Assembly: GCF_964204645.1 (NCBI RefSeq) | Contig: NC_134033.1 | Span: 9,494,655-9,558,654, forward strand | Direction of reading: 5' to 3' | DNA: 64,000 nt | Origin: Tubulanus polymorphus | Taxonomy: Eukaryota; Animalia; Nemertea | Part shown: positions 49,430 through 62,700 of the stretch, in pieces | Numbering within the stretch: the stretch's first letter is position 1 | Layout of the letters: each line of letters opens with the position of its first letter | Position numbers and translations under genes: made by a program | Notes under the pieces: model-generated | Told to the model about the DNA's origin: nothing | Databases searched by the model: none | What the model saw: only the letters and a program-made list of their open reading frames with translations

Positions 49430-52400
49430 ATGGAAGCAAATAAGTACTACTGTCCAACATGTAATATCAATATAGATAAATCCCAAAAAGCACGACACAA
49501 TAAAACTAAAACACATTTAGAGAATAAATTGAAACTAGAATATGAAGATGATATATTAGAAACTAAATTAAATGAATTAAAGAATGAAAAAGAAACATAC
49601 AAATGTGATACATGTAATCAATCATTCAGTGATAAAAGATATTATAAAGAACATTTAAAATCTAAAAGTCATATTAGAAATAAGAATAATGATATTTTAG
49701 GTGAAGATTATTTTGATGAAGATAATGATAAGAAACAGAAGACAATTAAAAGCATAAAAAATAAATTAAACAATAAAAGACCATACATGGAAGATGTAAG
49801 AAAATATATTAATTCATTAGATAATAAAAAAGATATAGAGATAACCGAAGCATTTAAAAGTGATATTGGCCCAACAGCTATCGAGTTTAAATTTCATAAA
49901 GGAAAAACATTTAGAAAATATGAAAGAAATAATAAAAATAATTACTGATGTTGAATATCCTAAAATTAGTATATCTTTAAAGTAAAGTTTATAAAATCTG
50001 AAGATAAACCAATATATAATATAAATTCTCATTCACAACATATTATTTTAAAACAACATATAGATGATAAATTAGATAAATATTATAATGAAGTAAAAAC
50101 TAAAATAGAAGAGAAATATTTTTAAGGATCTGGTTTAATATTTGATGAGATAATATTTATGACTTTACATGTTTATAACACAAAATATAATAAGTTAACT
50201 AAATCAAAACCAATTGATGAAAATAATGTATCATATTATAAAGAACAAGATATTGAAGCATCGAGTTATATTATACTACCATTTAAAACTAATGCTGTTA
50301 TAAATGTACAAAATGAAGATGATAAATGTTTTCTATGGGCTATAATAAGTTGCTTACACCCAACAGAAGATATTACACATAGTTTTAGATTAACAAATTA
50401 TAAACCATTTGAAAATAATTATAAGATAGATAAGTGTCCTGTTATAATTAAAAACATCCCAAAGATAGAAAGAGATAATAATTTAAGAATAAATGTATTT
50501 GATTTAATCAAATTACCAAATACAAAAGGTAACAATATAAAACATTATACATTAGAACCTTTATACCTATCAAATGATTATGATTCAAACGATGTTATAG
50601 ATATACTATATTATGAGAATCATTATATGTGGATTAAACAAATAGATTTATTCTTTAGAACAGAAAGTGATAACCATAATAAAATATCTCTATGTAGAAA
50701 ATGTTTACATAGATTCAGTAATGAAAGTACATTATTAAATCATAAACAATTATGTGAAAATCATGATTATTGTAAATTAGTTTTACCAAATGAAAAGGAT
50801 AAAATATTAGAATTCAAAAAATATGATTACAAAAATAAAGTTCCATTTGTTATATATGGAGATTTTGAATCATTAAATAAAGAATTAACTGATCAAGATA
50901 GAAAAGAAATATATTATAAAAGAAAGAAATTAAATTCTAATGAAAATGATTTTTCAGATGAACCACCAATAACAAATACAATTAAAAAGATTCATCAATC
51001 AGCTGCTGCTTTCGGGTTATATATTAAATCTGATTATCCAGAACTTATTAAAAGTGAATTATAAAATTATAATGACAGAAGAAGATAAAGAAGCATTTGA
51101 GTTTTCAGATAAATGTTATTATTGTGAAAAGATATTTAATTATAAAGATAAAACAGTAAGAGACCGTGATCATTTGAATGAAAAGTTTAGAGGCGCTGCG
51201 CATGAGAATTGTAACTTACAAGCTAAGAAAATTAATTTTGTACCAGTTATATTTCATAATCTATCAGGATATGATGCACGTTTATTCATCAAACAGTTAT
51301 GCCATAAAATAGAAGAAATTAATAATGAAATAGAAAGATTAAATTCGAATAGATCAAAAGATAAAATACCAACTTATAAATTTAGAATGTTAGCTAAAAC
51401 ATCTGAGAATTATATATCATTCCAAATTGGTTGCCTAAGATTTATAGATTCATATAGATTTTTAAATAGTTCATTAGATAACTTATCAAATTCATTAGTT
51501 GATGATGAATTAAAAATATTAAAGCAACACTACCCAAATAATGATGATTTTCAATTAATGAGATATAAAGGAGCAATTCCATATTCTTTCTATAAAAATC
51601 ATAATGATTTTAACATAACTGAATTATTGAAAGAACAATTCTATGATGAATTAAAAAATGAATATGTTAAAGATGAAGTCTATCATAGAACATTGAATAT
51701 TTGGATTCATTTCAAAATAGAAAATCATGGACAATTAGTAGATTTATATTTAAAATCAGATGTATTATTATTATCGGATATATTCGAAAGGTTTAGAGAT
51801 GTAAACCTAAAATATTTTAATATTGATCCATGTCATTGTTATTCATCACCAGGTTTAACATGGGATTGTGGATTAAAATTTACAGATATAAAAATGGATT
51901 TGTTAACAAATATAGATCAATTACTATTATTTTAAAAATCTATAAGAGGAGGAGTTTCAGGTGTATTAGCGGATAGATATTTCAATGTAAATGATAACCC
52001 TGGATATAAGTTATTATATATAGATGCAAATAATTTGTATGGTTGGGCAATGATGGAACCACAACCTTATGGAGTATTTGAAATAAGTGAAGTTTTACAG
52101 AATGAAAATAATGATAAATTTGATTGGAAGAAAAGAATCCTAGATATTGCAGATGATTCAGATACTGGTTACTTTATTGTTGTAGATTTAGAATATCCTG
52201 AAGATAAAAAATTTAAATCTAGAAATCTAGCTTACTGTCCCGAACATAAAACTGTAACTCATGAAGAATTATCAAATTACCAAAAAAGAATTAAACCCGA
52301 AAATCATATTCATACAGAAAAGTTAATGGTAACTCAAGAAAATAAATATAATTATGTAGTACATTATAGAATGTTAACGTTTTATCTAAAACAAGGAATG

Positions 52401-53353
52401 GTTCTAAAAAAAGTACATAGATATATTTCATTCAGTCACTCTAAATGGTTAGAAAAATATATAGATTTTAACACCAAACAGAGAACTGAAGCTAAAACTG
52501 ATTTCGAAAAAGATTTCTTCAAGTTAATGAATAATGCATTCTATGGAAAAACTTGTGAAAATATTAGAAATAGAAATGATATTGAGTTAGTCAGTAATGG
52601 TAAAAGGATAAGACATTTACAAACATATCCTAAGTTCATTGGTAACAGAATATTTGATGAAAATTTAGCTGCAGTTAAGATGAGAAGAACATCAATGAAA
52701 TTTAATAAACCAATCTATGTTGGCGCTTCAGTTTTAGAATTATCAAAATTACTAATGTATGAATTCTATTATAATGTATTACAACCTCATTTTAGAGAAA
52801 AACATATAGAAATATTATATTTTGATACCGATTCTTACATATTAAAGATAAAAACTGATAACATAACAGATGATTTAAAAACATTAAAACATCATTATGA
52901 TTTCAGTAATTATCCTAAAGATCATGAATTGTTTAGCAATGATAATAAAAAAGTTCCAGGGAAGTTTAAGGATGAATTAGTTGGTGAAGAAATGATTGAA
53001 TTGGTATTAGATCTAAAATGTATTCATATAAAACTAAAACTCATGAAGCTAAAAAGTTAAAAGGAATAACCAAAAGTGTAGTAGAAAAGAATATTCATTT
53101 CAAAGATTATATCAATTGTATATGCAAAGAAGAAGTTAGAAAACATAAGATGAGATGTTTAAGATCTGAAGATCATGAAATATTTATTGAAGAAATTGAA
53201 AAGATAAGTCTAAACCCATTTGATGATAAAAGATATATTTTAGATGATGGAATTCATACAGTTGCTTATGGTTGTAATTTAGATGAATACTTAAAATTTA
53301 AAAGAGAAGAAACAAAAGAGAACGAGATAATGAAAAGAATTCTAACGTGTTAA
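49430..53353 (+). pseudogene. pPolB, intein-free allele, fragmented
   Basis: Same motifs as copy C, with uninterrupted YFDTDSY; split into five ORF-track fragments. Confidence 0.95.
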
Positions 53354-53382
53354 TCAAATTTTAATAAAAATATGTATTATAA

Positions 53383-53736
53383 ATGGAGAGTAAACAAACA
53401 CACAGTGAGAACAACAAATTATTTCTAGATAGAATAAAAGATACTTCAAATGTCAAATCAGTAGATTATAAATTTAAGAAGTTAACAGAATTAACAATCC
53501 ATAAGAAATATCTAATTACAGATATTGTTACGGTTACTAACAAATATGGAGATAAATTAGTTATACACTTAGAATATGAAGGATTAAAAGGAAATACATA
53601 TAAATTCAGAACATATTTACCGGATAGATTTCATAGATTATCAAGTGAAGATTTAGAAGAATTATGTTCTGGAGATTTCTATTTCGTATACAAAGGTAAG
53701 AATGAAAAAGGGCACCATGAAATAGATTTCGAATAA
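53383..53736 (+). CDS. Small conserved Polinton protein (homolog of 4584-4910)
   Basis: Shared motifs with the copy A gene; TATAAATG start. Confidence 0.75.
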   Translation: MESKQTHSENNKLFLDRIKDTSNVKSVDYKFKKLTELTIHKKYLITDIVTVTNKYGDKLVIHLEYEGLKGNTYKFRTYLPDRFHRLSSEDLEELCSGDFYFVYKGKNEKGHHEIDFE

Positions 53737-53753
53737 GAACATATGTAAAATAA

Positions 53754-54505
53754 ATGGTAGAATTAAAAGAATACATGATATTTGTTGATTCTAGAAGGCT
53801 TACAAATTATAAATCTCATAATTTACTAGTACAATTAGATAGAGATTTCAAGAATTGTGTTGATTTAAAATTAGTTAATATAAGTTTATGTAATTCTTTT
53901 TATAATATATCGAATAAAACTATTGAACATAGAGCCTTTTTAGTTTTTAATAGACACATAGATTCATATATTTAAAACCGGGGTTATATAATTTAGATAC
54001 ATTAGCACAAGAAATTAATAGAAAAGCCTGGCACAAATTAGGTAGTAGTTCTGGGTTTAGTATTAGATTTTTTAAAAGTGATAGTTCTGATAGGATAAAG
54101 AAAAGGTTGTCTAATAGTGAAAAACATAAATTTATGGTAAAAAAACCTATAGCTAAACTGTTAGGAATTCTTCCAGATAGATCTTTTACAAATATTGACG
54201 CTACTACACCAAACTTAATACCTTACACACATTTCTATATTTATTGCAATTTAATCGATCCTACAAAAACATTCGAAGCAACTAAAGATATAACTTGTAA
54301 TTCTGGTTTACTAAACATTTTACCATTGAAGAATGTTAAAGAATTTGGAACGCAAATAAATTATAATTTAACAGAATGTGATTTCAAACCATGCATTCCT
54401 CGTTTTAATAATTTTAGATTAGAAATTAGAAATCATAATGGGCACTTAATTGATTTAAATAATTTCCCTGTAATTTATGAATCAGTTATAAGATGTAGAG
54501 AGTAA
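53754..54505 (+). pseudogene. Minor capsid (penton-like) protein, disrupted
   Basis: IFVDSR, SFYNIS, PGLYNLDTL, FYIYCNLI, FRLEIRN..G.LIDLNN.PV pattern typical of Polinton minor capsids. Confidence 0.65.
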
Positions 54506-54522
54506 TTTTTTTCACTATATAA

Positions 54523-54858
54523 ATGAATATAACTGTTGGACCGAGTATATGTTTTGGGTTTGATTTTAAACATGGTAAAGAAATGAGAATTAAACTAAAT
54601 GACGTAGTTACTGATATAAAAAGTAAATCATTTAACAATGCAACAATGATTAATAAAGAAAATTATAATATAGAAAAAGTAATTGATTTAATTAAATCAC
54701 CTTTAGAATATTATGAATTAAATGAAGATGGAATTATTGATGATATTAAAAACATATTAACCAAAATATATGATAATCATAAAAGTAGTAATGAAATAAA
54801 TGTTGAATTAATCATAAATAAGTTAACTAAACATTTTGATGATAGTAATTTTTTTTGA
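54523..54858 (+). CDS. Polinton hypothetical protein
   Basis: Homolog of 11121-11477. Confidence 0.75.
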   Translation: MNITVGPSICFGFDFKHGKEMRIKLNDVVTDIKSKSFNNATMINKENYNIEKVIDLIKSPLEYYELNEDGIIDDIKNILTKIYDNHKSSNEINVELIINKLTKHFDDSNFF

Positions 54859-54865
54859 TAAATAA

Positions 54866-55087
54866 ATGAGTGATAATAAGTGGATAATAACTGGATTATA
54901 TAATGGAGCATTACTATCAGTTGGAACTGTTGGTTATTCAATGGTATTAAAAAAAGTATTCAAAATGGGAAGTGTTAATGTTGATAGATTTGATATCAAT
55001 GATATTTTAAAATTAACATTAGCAGTTACTTTATCTAATTTAACTATTGATTATTTGGAAAAACAAAAATATATTCCTCCCATATAA
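54866..55087 (+). CDS. Small hydrophobic Polinton protein
   Basis: 73 aa, two hydrophobic helices, conserved in copy C. Confidence 0.75.
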   Translation: MSDNKWIITGLYNGALLSVGTVGYSMVLKKVFKMGSVNVDRFDINDILKLTLAVTLSNLTIDYLEKQKYIPPI

Positions 55088-55111
55088 ATACATAATTATT
55101 TTACTAAATAA

Positions 55112-55534
55112 ATGGCTTCTGCAGTTATAACTATTATAGGATCGGCAATTGTTAACGCTTTAGCATTTACTGGGGGCGGTTATTTATTTAAGCATATTGA
55201 TAGAAATGGATCATTAACAGAACAAAAAAGACATAACTTAGCATTAGAGAAATACAATAAAGCAGCAGAAGAATATAGAGAAAAGAGGCAAAACTATATG
55301 GATTATATTAACAAGGAATTATATGATCAGAAGATTTCACATAGAGATTTTCAATCAGTTGATGATGCAATGAGTTTATATAACGCGGTAACCAATAAAG
55401 AAAAATTACATCTACATAAACCTACAATATCAGATTATTATACCCCAAGTAATGAACAGAAGAAATATGAAATAATATGGATTTTAGGTGGAACAGTTAT
55501 TGTTATATTTGTTGCTTATAAGTTTACTAATTAG
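55112..55534 (+). CDS. Conserved Polinton protein with hydrophobic termini and a coiled region
   Basis: MASAVITIIGSAIVNALAFTGG...EQKRHNLALEK; C-terminal TM; TAAATG start. Confidence 0.75.
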   Translation: MASAVITIIGSAIVNALAFTGGGYLFKHIDRNGSLTEQKRHNLALEKYNKAAEEYREKRQNYMDYINKELYDQKISHRDFQSVDDAMSLYNAVTNKEKLHLHKPTISDYYTPSNEQKKYEIIWILGGTVIVIFVAYKFTN

Positions 55535-55553
55535 TAATTTTTTTGCTAAATAA

Positions 55554-55975
55554 ATGGATGATAAAGTTGATAATATTGATATCATTCCTCATGATATAAA
55601 TAAAACTAAATTAAAAATATATTTAGAAAAACAAATATTAGAATTTGAAAATGATTTAAAAGTTAAAAAGAAAAAATATTTAAAATCTAAAATTATATAT
55701 TATTTGATTATAAGTGGTTCGGTTACAATTAGTTCTGTAATAACATTTCTAGCAATATTCAGCCCATTAACACCTTTAGCTATATCAATTGGTGTATTAG
55801 GATTAAGTTCAAGTGTTTTAACTGGTATAAGTTCAAAATTAAATATAAAAAGTAATAAAGAAAAAAATTAACTAATATAAAAGAAATTAATAAATTAAAG
55901 AATACACTAGATTATATAATAAGTTTAAATGGTCATATAACAGTTGAAGAACAAGATAAATTATTAAAAGAAATT
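55554..55975 (+). pseudogene. Two-TM Polinton protein, probably frameshifted near 55865
   Basis: ORF 55554-55871 with two hydrophobic helices; coding-like continuation after an A-run. Confidence 0.6.
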
Positions 55976-55979
55976 AAAT

Positions 55980-56223
55980 TAAAAGAATTAAATTTTGCTG
56001 TTTATTGTGCAACAAAAGGATGTGGAATTAGTTGGAATGATCATTTAAATAAACCAAGTTTACCATTGATGTTATCACTTTTTAGATTTCATACATATTT
56101 TCAAATAAAATTAATATTAGATGAATTAGAATGTCCTTTACCAGTTTCAAAATATTTTAAAGAATTGAATAATAATATTAATTTTTCTAAGTTTTATAAA
56201 ATATGTAATGAATTTAATATTAA
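55980..56223 (+). pseudogene. Internal fragment of another conserved Polinton gene
   Basis: LNFAVYCATKGCGIS..HL...LFRFHTYF..ILDEL.CPLP...ICNEF; no start, cut on both sides. Confidence 0.6.
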
Positions 56224-57085
56224 TTAGGGTTTTCTGTTATTTCACAGAAAACCCTATTGATATCCGCGTGATTATTATTATTATTATTTTCTTCCACACT
56301 ATTTTTACCAAAAGAACATAGGCTTTGTTACCTTACAACTGTTTCATATACAATCCATATAATATCGTTCAGCTCACTGAGATCTACAAATAGCCCGCGT
56401 GTTTTTTCACGAATCATCGTTACAAAAGCGCTGTCGGGCCGTAAACATCGAAAATTTAGCCCCATTCAATGGGGCGACATGTTTTTCGAGTCGTCATCCC
56501 GAAATCAACCCGCAGGCCGACTGTCACTTCGATTATCAATTCAAGTATAAATGAACTAATTTATTGCCACAGACTTCAAATTCAGTCGCGGTCTTCAAAC
56601 AGTGATTTTAACAATTGCCCATTTTCTTCATCAAATCATATTACCGATACACTGGAAATTTACTACTTTAGATTTTAAAAGCACTGTCCAGCCGTAAACA
56701 TCGACGAATCGACGTGTGTTACTACATCGTCGTTCCGGGGATCAGCTGCGAGTTTCTCCTCATCATGAGAATCAAATCGAGTACAAATTAATTTATTACT
56801 ACCAGTGATTTGGCTGCGGGTTTCAAGGAGTTAGTATAACAATACCTATTTTTCTTCACCGAATTAACCGTGTATTTACTAAGATAAATCTTTAGTGTAC
56901 CGGGGAATCGTAGGCCTAAACTAAACACGCCGAAGAGATATAGCGGAGAAAAGCTGTTATGTCGACGAGGTATCAAAATAAAAGAATATATTACTTTATT
57001 CGGCCGCGGGCTTCAACCTCTATATCAATACCATCAATACTCTATATTTCCTACAGTACATACCGATCATTGTCAAATGCACAAG
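56224..57085 (+). mobile_element. HINE-like family 2 element
   Basis: ttagggttttctgttatttcacagaaaaccct hairpin plus (TTA)n; inverted homolog of 25365-26226. Confidence 0.65.
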
Positions 57086-57418
57086 TTATTTACTAAATAC
57101 AAGTATATAACACACTCCTATCCGTATGCTGGACTCACTTGACATTCGGAGTAAGCGTTCGCTGTGGGGGAAAGGGATCGTTCGCTGTGTCGCTTGAAGT
57201 GTTTATCGAGTTTGACGCGGCTTTAGGCCTACCGGTACTGAGCTTTACTGTATCAAACAAACGCAGTACAATTGTTGCTTTTATTAACGGACTCATTGGA
57301 TTGAACTTCAAAACAAAATTTACGATATTTAGGTGGGTTGTTAAATTCAATAGGCCTACGACCAATCTGTCCGGATGTTAGGCCTACGCATATACATAGG
57401 CCTACATAGGCTAGTAGC

Positions 57419-59677
57419 TATGGTGGCTGATTAGGGCCAAGTTAAAAAAAAAAAATTTCGTGCAATATACCATGCAAAAAATATATTGCTTCGTTTCTGC
57501 GTCCGTTTCTGCGCGGCGCAAAAACGAAATTTACCGCGCTAAAACGCGCCAAAACGAGCGCAGAAACGAAATTTCGTTTTAGCGCCCGTTTTGGCGCGTT
57601 TCTGCGCGGTGATTTCTCGTTTTTGCGCCGCGCAAAAACGAAGTTCGTTTCTGCGTCCGTTTTTGCGCCGCGCAAAAACGAAATTTACCGCGCAGAAACG
57701 CGCCAAAACGAGCGCAGAAACGAACCTTCGTTTTAGCGCCCGTTTTAGCGCCTTTTAGCGCGGTGATTTCTCGTTTTTGCGCCCCGCAAAAACGAACTTC
57801 GTTTCTGCGTCCGTTTTTGCGGGGCGCCAAAACGAAATTTACCGCGCAGAAACGCGCCAAAACGAGCGCAGAAACGAACCTTCGTTTTAGCGCCCGTTTT
57901 GGCGCGTTTTAGCGCGGTGATTTCTCGTTTTTGCGCCCCCCAAAAACGAACTTCGTTTCTGCGTCCGTTTTTGCGGGGCGCCAAAACGAAATTTACCGCG
58001 CAGAAACGCGCCAAAACGAGCGCAGAAACGAACCTTCGTTTTAGCGCCCGTTTTGGCGCGTTTTAGCGCGGTGATTTCTCGTTTTTGCGCCCCGCAAAAA
58101 CGAACTTCGTTTCAGCGTCCGTTTTTGCGCGGCGCAAAAACGAAATTTACCGCGCAGAAACGCGCCAAAACGAGCGCCAAAACGAACGTTCGTTTTAGCG
58201 CCCGTTTTGGCGCGTTTCTGCGCGGTGATTTCTCGTTTTTGCGCCCCGCAAAAACGAAGTTCGTTTCTGCGTCCGTTTTTGCGCCGCGCAAAAACGAAAT
58301 TTACCGCGCCGAAACGCGCCAAAACGAGCGCAGAAACGAACCTTCGTTTTAGCGCCCGTTTTAGCGCGTTTTAGCGCGGTGATTTCTCGTTTTTGCGCCC
58401 CGCAAAAACGAACTTCGTTTCTGCGTCCGTTTTTGCGGGGCGCAAAAACGAAATTTACCGCGCAGAAACGCGCCAAAACGAGCGCAGAAACGAACTTTCG
58501 TTTTAGCGCCCGTTTTGGCGCGTTTTAGCGCGGTGATTTCTCGTTTTTGCGCCCCGCAAAAACGAACTTCGTTTCTGCGTCCATTTTTACCACGTGGTGC
58601 AGTCCCGAGCCGTGCATTCTAGGTCACAACGGCACCACGTGGTAACTACACGCGCACGCCCTACTCTCTTCTCAACCGTGAATATAACCACTATTCTTGA
58701 CGCACTGGCTACCGCATCAAAACGTCAATTTTTACAAATATTTAATTTGAATTTGTTTAATTTTAAGTGAAGGCAGTGCTACTGGCTTTCGTAAAAAATC
58801 AGAAAATCACCGATAAAGGAAGTTTTATTGCGTATAAACGTAACTCTGAAAATTAAATTAATTAGAAAATAATTGGTATAATAATACAACGTTTTAAGGC
58901 CGTAATTAGTATCACGAGATGAACCCTGGCGCCACCATCCGACCAAAATTACCGCGCATGAACGAAGAAACGAAGTTCGTTTTTGCGCGGCGCAAAAACG
59001 AGAAATCACCGCGCAGAAACGCGCCAAAACGGGCGCTAAAACGAACGTTCGTTTCTGCGCTCGTTTTGGCGCGTTTCTGCGCGGTAAATTTCGTTTTTGC
59101 GCCGCGCAAAAACGGACGCAGAAACGAACTTCGTTTTTGCGGGGCGCAAAAACGAGAAATCACCGCGCTAAAACGCGCCAAAACGGGCGCTAAAACGAAT
59201 GTCGTTTCTACGCTCGTTTTGGCGCGTTTCTGCGCGGTAAATTTCGTTTTGGCGCCCCGCAAAAACGGACGCAGAAACGAACTTCGTTTTTGCGGGGCGC
59301 AAAAACGAGAAATCACCGCGCAGAAACGCGCCAAAACGGGCGCTAAAACGAACGTTCGTTTCTGCGCTCGTTTTGGCGCGTTTCTGCGCGGTAAATTTCG
59401 TTTTTGCGCCGCGCAAAAACGGACGCTGAAACGAACTTCGTTTTTGCGGGGCGCAAAAACGAGAAATCACCGCGCTAAAACGCGCCAAAACGGGCGCTAA
59501 AACGAACGTTCGTTTCTGCGCTCGTTTTGGCGCGTTTCTGCGCGGTAAATTTCGTTTTGGCGCCCCGCAAAAACGGACGCAGAAACGAAGCAATATATTT
59601 TTTGCATGGTATATTGCACGAAATTTTTTTTTTTTTAACTTGGCCCTAATCAGCCGCCATACTAATCAGCCACCATA
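57419..59677. mobile_element. Fold-back DNA transposon with TATGG...CCATA ends and 6-bp TSD (IS3EU-like); arms made of 154-bp tandem repeats
   Basis: AGTAGC at 57413-57418 and 59678-59683; ~70-bp unique TIR, then about 7 units (57490-58585) versus about 4 inverted units (58965-59590). Confidence 0.85.
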
Positions 59678-59778
59678 AGTAGCCTCTACTAGGTTAAGCG
59701 TTCGCTGTAGGGGAAAGGAGATCGTTCGCTGTGTCGCTTGAAGTGTTTATCGAGTTTTACGCGACCTTAAGGCTTTAG

Positions 59779-62700
59779 TATGGTGGCTGATAAGGGCCAT
59801 GCGTAAAAGAAACACGTATATGCAAATGAGGGCGACATTATGACAAAACCACAAAACTAAAATAAAGCGACAAAACATTATTTCGGTTTTGTCGCCCGCG
59901 ACAATTTTTTTTTTGTCGCGGTTTTATCACCCGCGACAATTCATTATTTTGGTTTTATCGCCCGCAACAATTCATTACTTTGGTTTTGTCGCCCGCGACA
60001 ATTCAATATTTTGGTTTTGTCGCCCGCGACAATTCAAGATTTTGATTTTATCGCCCGCGACAATTAAATATTTTGGTTTTATCGTCCGCGACAATTCATC
60101 ATTTTGGTTTTGTCGCCCGCGATAATTCATTATTTTGGTTTTATCGCCCGCGACAATTCATTATTTTGGTTTTATATTTTGTTTTTGTCGCCCACGACAA
60201 TTCAATATTTTGGTTTTATCGTCCGCGACAATTCATCATTTTGGTTTTGTCGCCCGCGATAATTCATTATTTTGGTTTTATCGCCCGTGACAATTCATCA
60301 TTTTGGTTTTATCGCCCGCGACTATTCATTATTTTGATTTTGTCGCCCGCGACAATTCATTATTTTGGTTTTATCGCCAGCGACAATTCAATATTTTGGA
60401 TTTATCGCCAGCGGTAATTCATTATTTTGTTTTTATTGCCTGCGACAATTCATTATTTTGGTTTTGTCGCCCGCGACAATTCATTATTTTGGTTTTATCG
60501 CCCGCGACAATTCATTATTTTGGTTTTGTCGCCCCGACAATTCTTTTTTTTTTTGGTTTTGTCGCCCGCGACAATTCATTAGTTTGGTTTTTGTCGCCCA
60601 CGACAATTCAATATTTTGCTTTTATCGCCCGCGACAATTCGTTTCTTTGGTTTTATCTCCAGCGACAATTCATTATTTTGGTTTTGTCGCCCGTGACAAT
60701 TCTTCTTTTTGGTTTTGTCGCCCGAGACAATTCATTATTTTTTTTAAATATTTTGTTTTTGTCGTCCGCGACAATTTTTTTTTGGTTTTGTTGCCCGCGA
60801 CAATTTACCATTTTGGTTTTGTCGCCCGCGACAATTCTTTTTTTGGTTTTGTCGCCCGCGACAATTCATTAGTTTGATTTTATCGCCCGCGACAATTCAT
60901 TATTTTGGTTTTATCGCCCGCGACAATTCATTATTTTGGTTTTTTCGCCCCGACAATTCTTTTTTGGTTTTGTCGCCCGCGACAATTCATTAGTTTGGTT
61001 TTGTCTCCCGCGACAATTCAATATTTTGGTTTTATCGCCCGCGACAATTCATTACTTTGGTTTTATCTCCAGCGACAATTCATTATTTTGGTTTTGTCGC
61101 CCGCGACAATTCATTATTTTGGTTGTGTCGCCCGAGACAATTCATTATTTTGGTTTTATCGCCAGCGACAATTCATTATTTTGGTTTTATCGCCCACGAA
61201 AATTCATTATTTTGGTTTTGTCGCCCACGACAATTCACCATTTTGGTTTTATCGCCAGCGACAATTCATTATTTTGGTTTTATCGCCCGCGACAATTCAT
61301 TATTTTGGTTTTGTCGCCCCGACAATTCTTTTTTGGTTTTGTCGCCCGCGACAATTCATTAGTTTGGTTTTGTCTCCCGCGACAATTCAATATTTTGGTT
61401 TTATCGCCCGCGACAATTCATTACTTTGGTTTTATCTCCAGCGACAATTCATTATTTTGGTTTTGTCGCCCGCGACAATTCATTATTTTGGTTTTATATT
61501 TTGTTTTTGTCGCCCGCGACAATTCATTATTTTGGTTTTATTTTTTTTTTCATTAGTTTCAATTCATTAGTTTGGTTTTGTCTCCCGCGACAATTCAATA
61601 TTTTCGTTTTATCACCCGCGACAATTCATTAGTTTGGTTTTGTCGCCCGCGACAATTCTTTTTCAGTCCACTTGGGACTTTAGTCCCAGCGGGCTATTGC
61701 GTTCACTTTTCGTCCGTCCGTCCGTCCATAGACGGAATCCAGTTATTTCGGGACGTTTTGAAGACGCTTCAAGGTAATGTCTTGATATTTGGTTTATACA
61801 TGTATCTACCCTAGACACATCGTCAGCCCAAAAACTGGCCCTGTCAGATTCAAGATGGTCGACTGGCAGCCATTGTTGTTTGCCATAATCAGCACTTTTT
61901 AAACATTTCCGAAGTTTTCGTGGGAAATTTTGAAGACGCTTTGATCAATTACCTTGATCTTTCGTTTATATTTGAATCTACCAAAGGCCCATCAGCATAA
62001 GAAAATTGGGTCGATCTGACTCAAGATGGCCGTCCTATGACCTTTTTAGTGCCCAAAAATGTCAATTTTGGCCAGAATTCTAGGTCCTGTAGCTTCCTAC
62101 TGGTTTGCCATTTCTCATTGCAATTGCTGATGGGTATTCTTTAGAGAGGGATGTTTTATACCTGGGACAGGTATTTTGATCAGACAATTATGACGCAATT
62201 GGCGGCCATCTTGGTGTCATCAGTACTCATTCGTAGGTGGGAAAAAGTTTTTCCACATTAAATTGATACCTAAGCATATTGTGTTACTATATTCAATTGG
62301 AAAGTTGTAGCCCATAACGTGTTCTATGATTTTGGTGAGTTTCAAGGTCATTGGTTTTTGTATGTGGCCATCAGGGGGCGTTGAATAATACAATAACTTA
62401 GTATCGCTATATTATATTTGTACCAAGGCATATTTTGTTACCATGATCAATTGCAAAGTTGTAGTTCATGACATCGTCTATGATTGTGGTGAGTTTTTAA
62501 GGACATTAGTTATTCCATATAGTCACCAGGGGGCGTTGAATAGTAGAAAAGCTTAGTTTTTCCTTATTAGATTGGTACCTAGGCATAGTTTGTTACCATG
62601 ATCCATTGTTAAGATGTAGTTCATGACATCGTCTATGATTGTGGTGAGTTTTTAAGGACATTAGTTATTCAATATAGTCACCAGGGGCACTGAATAGTAG

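Larger units (their letters stand above)
48968..56223 (+). mobile_element. Polinton copy D, left part, truncated by a HINE-like insertion
   Basis: pPolB, small conserved gene, penton-like gene and four further small ORFs; collinear with copy C. Confidence 0.92.
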
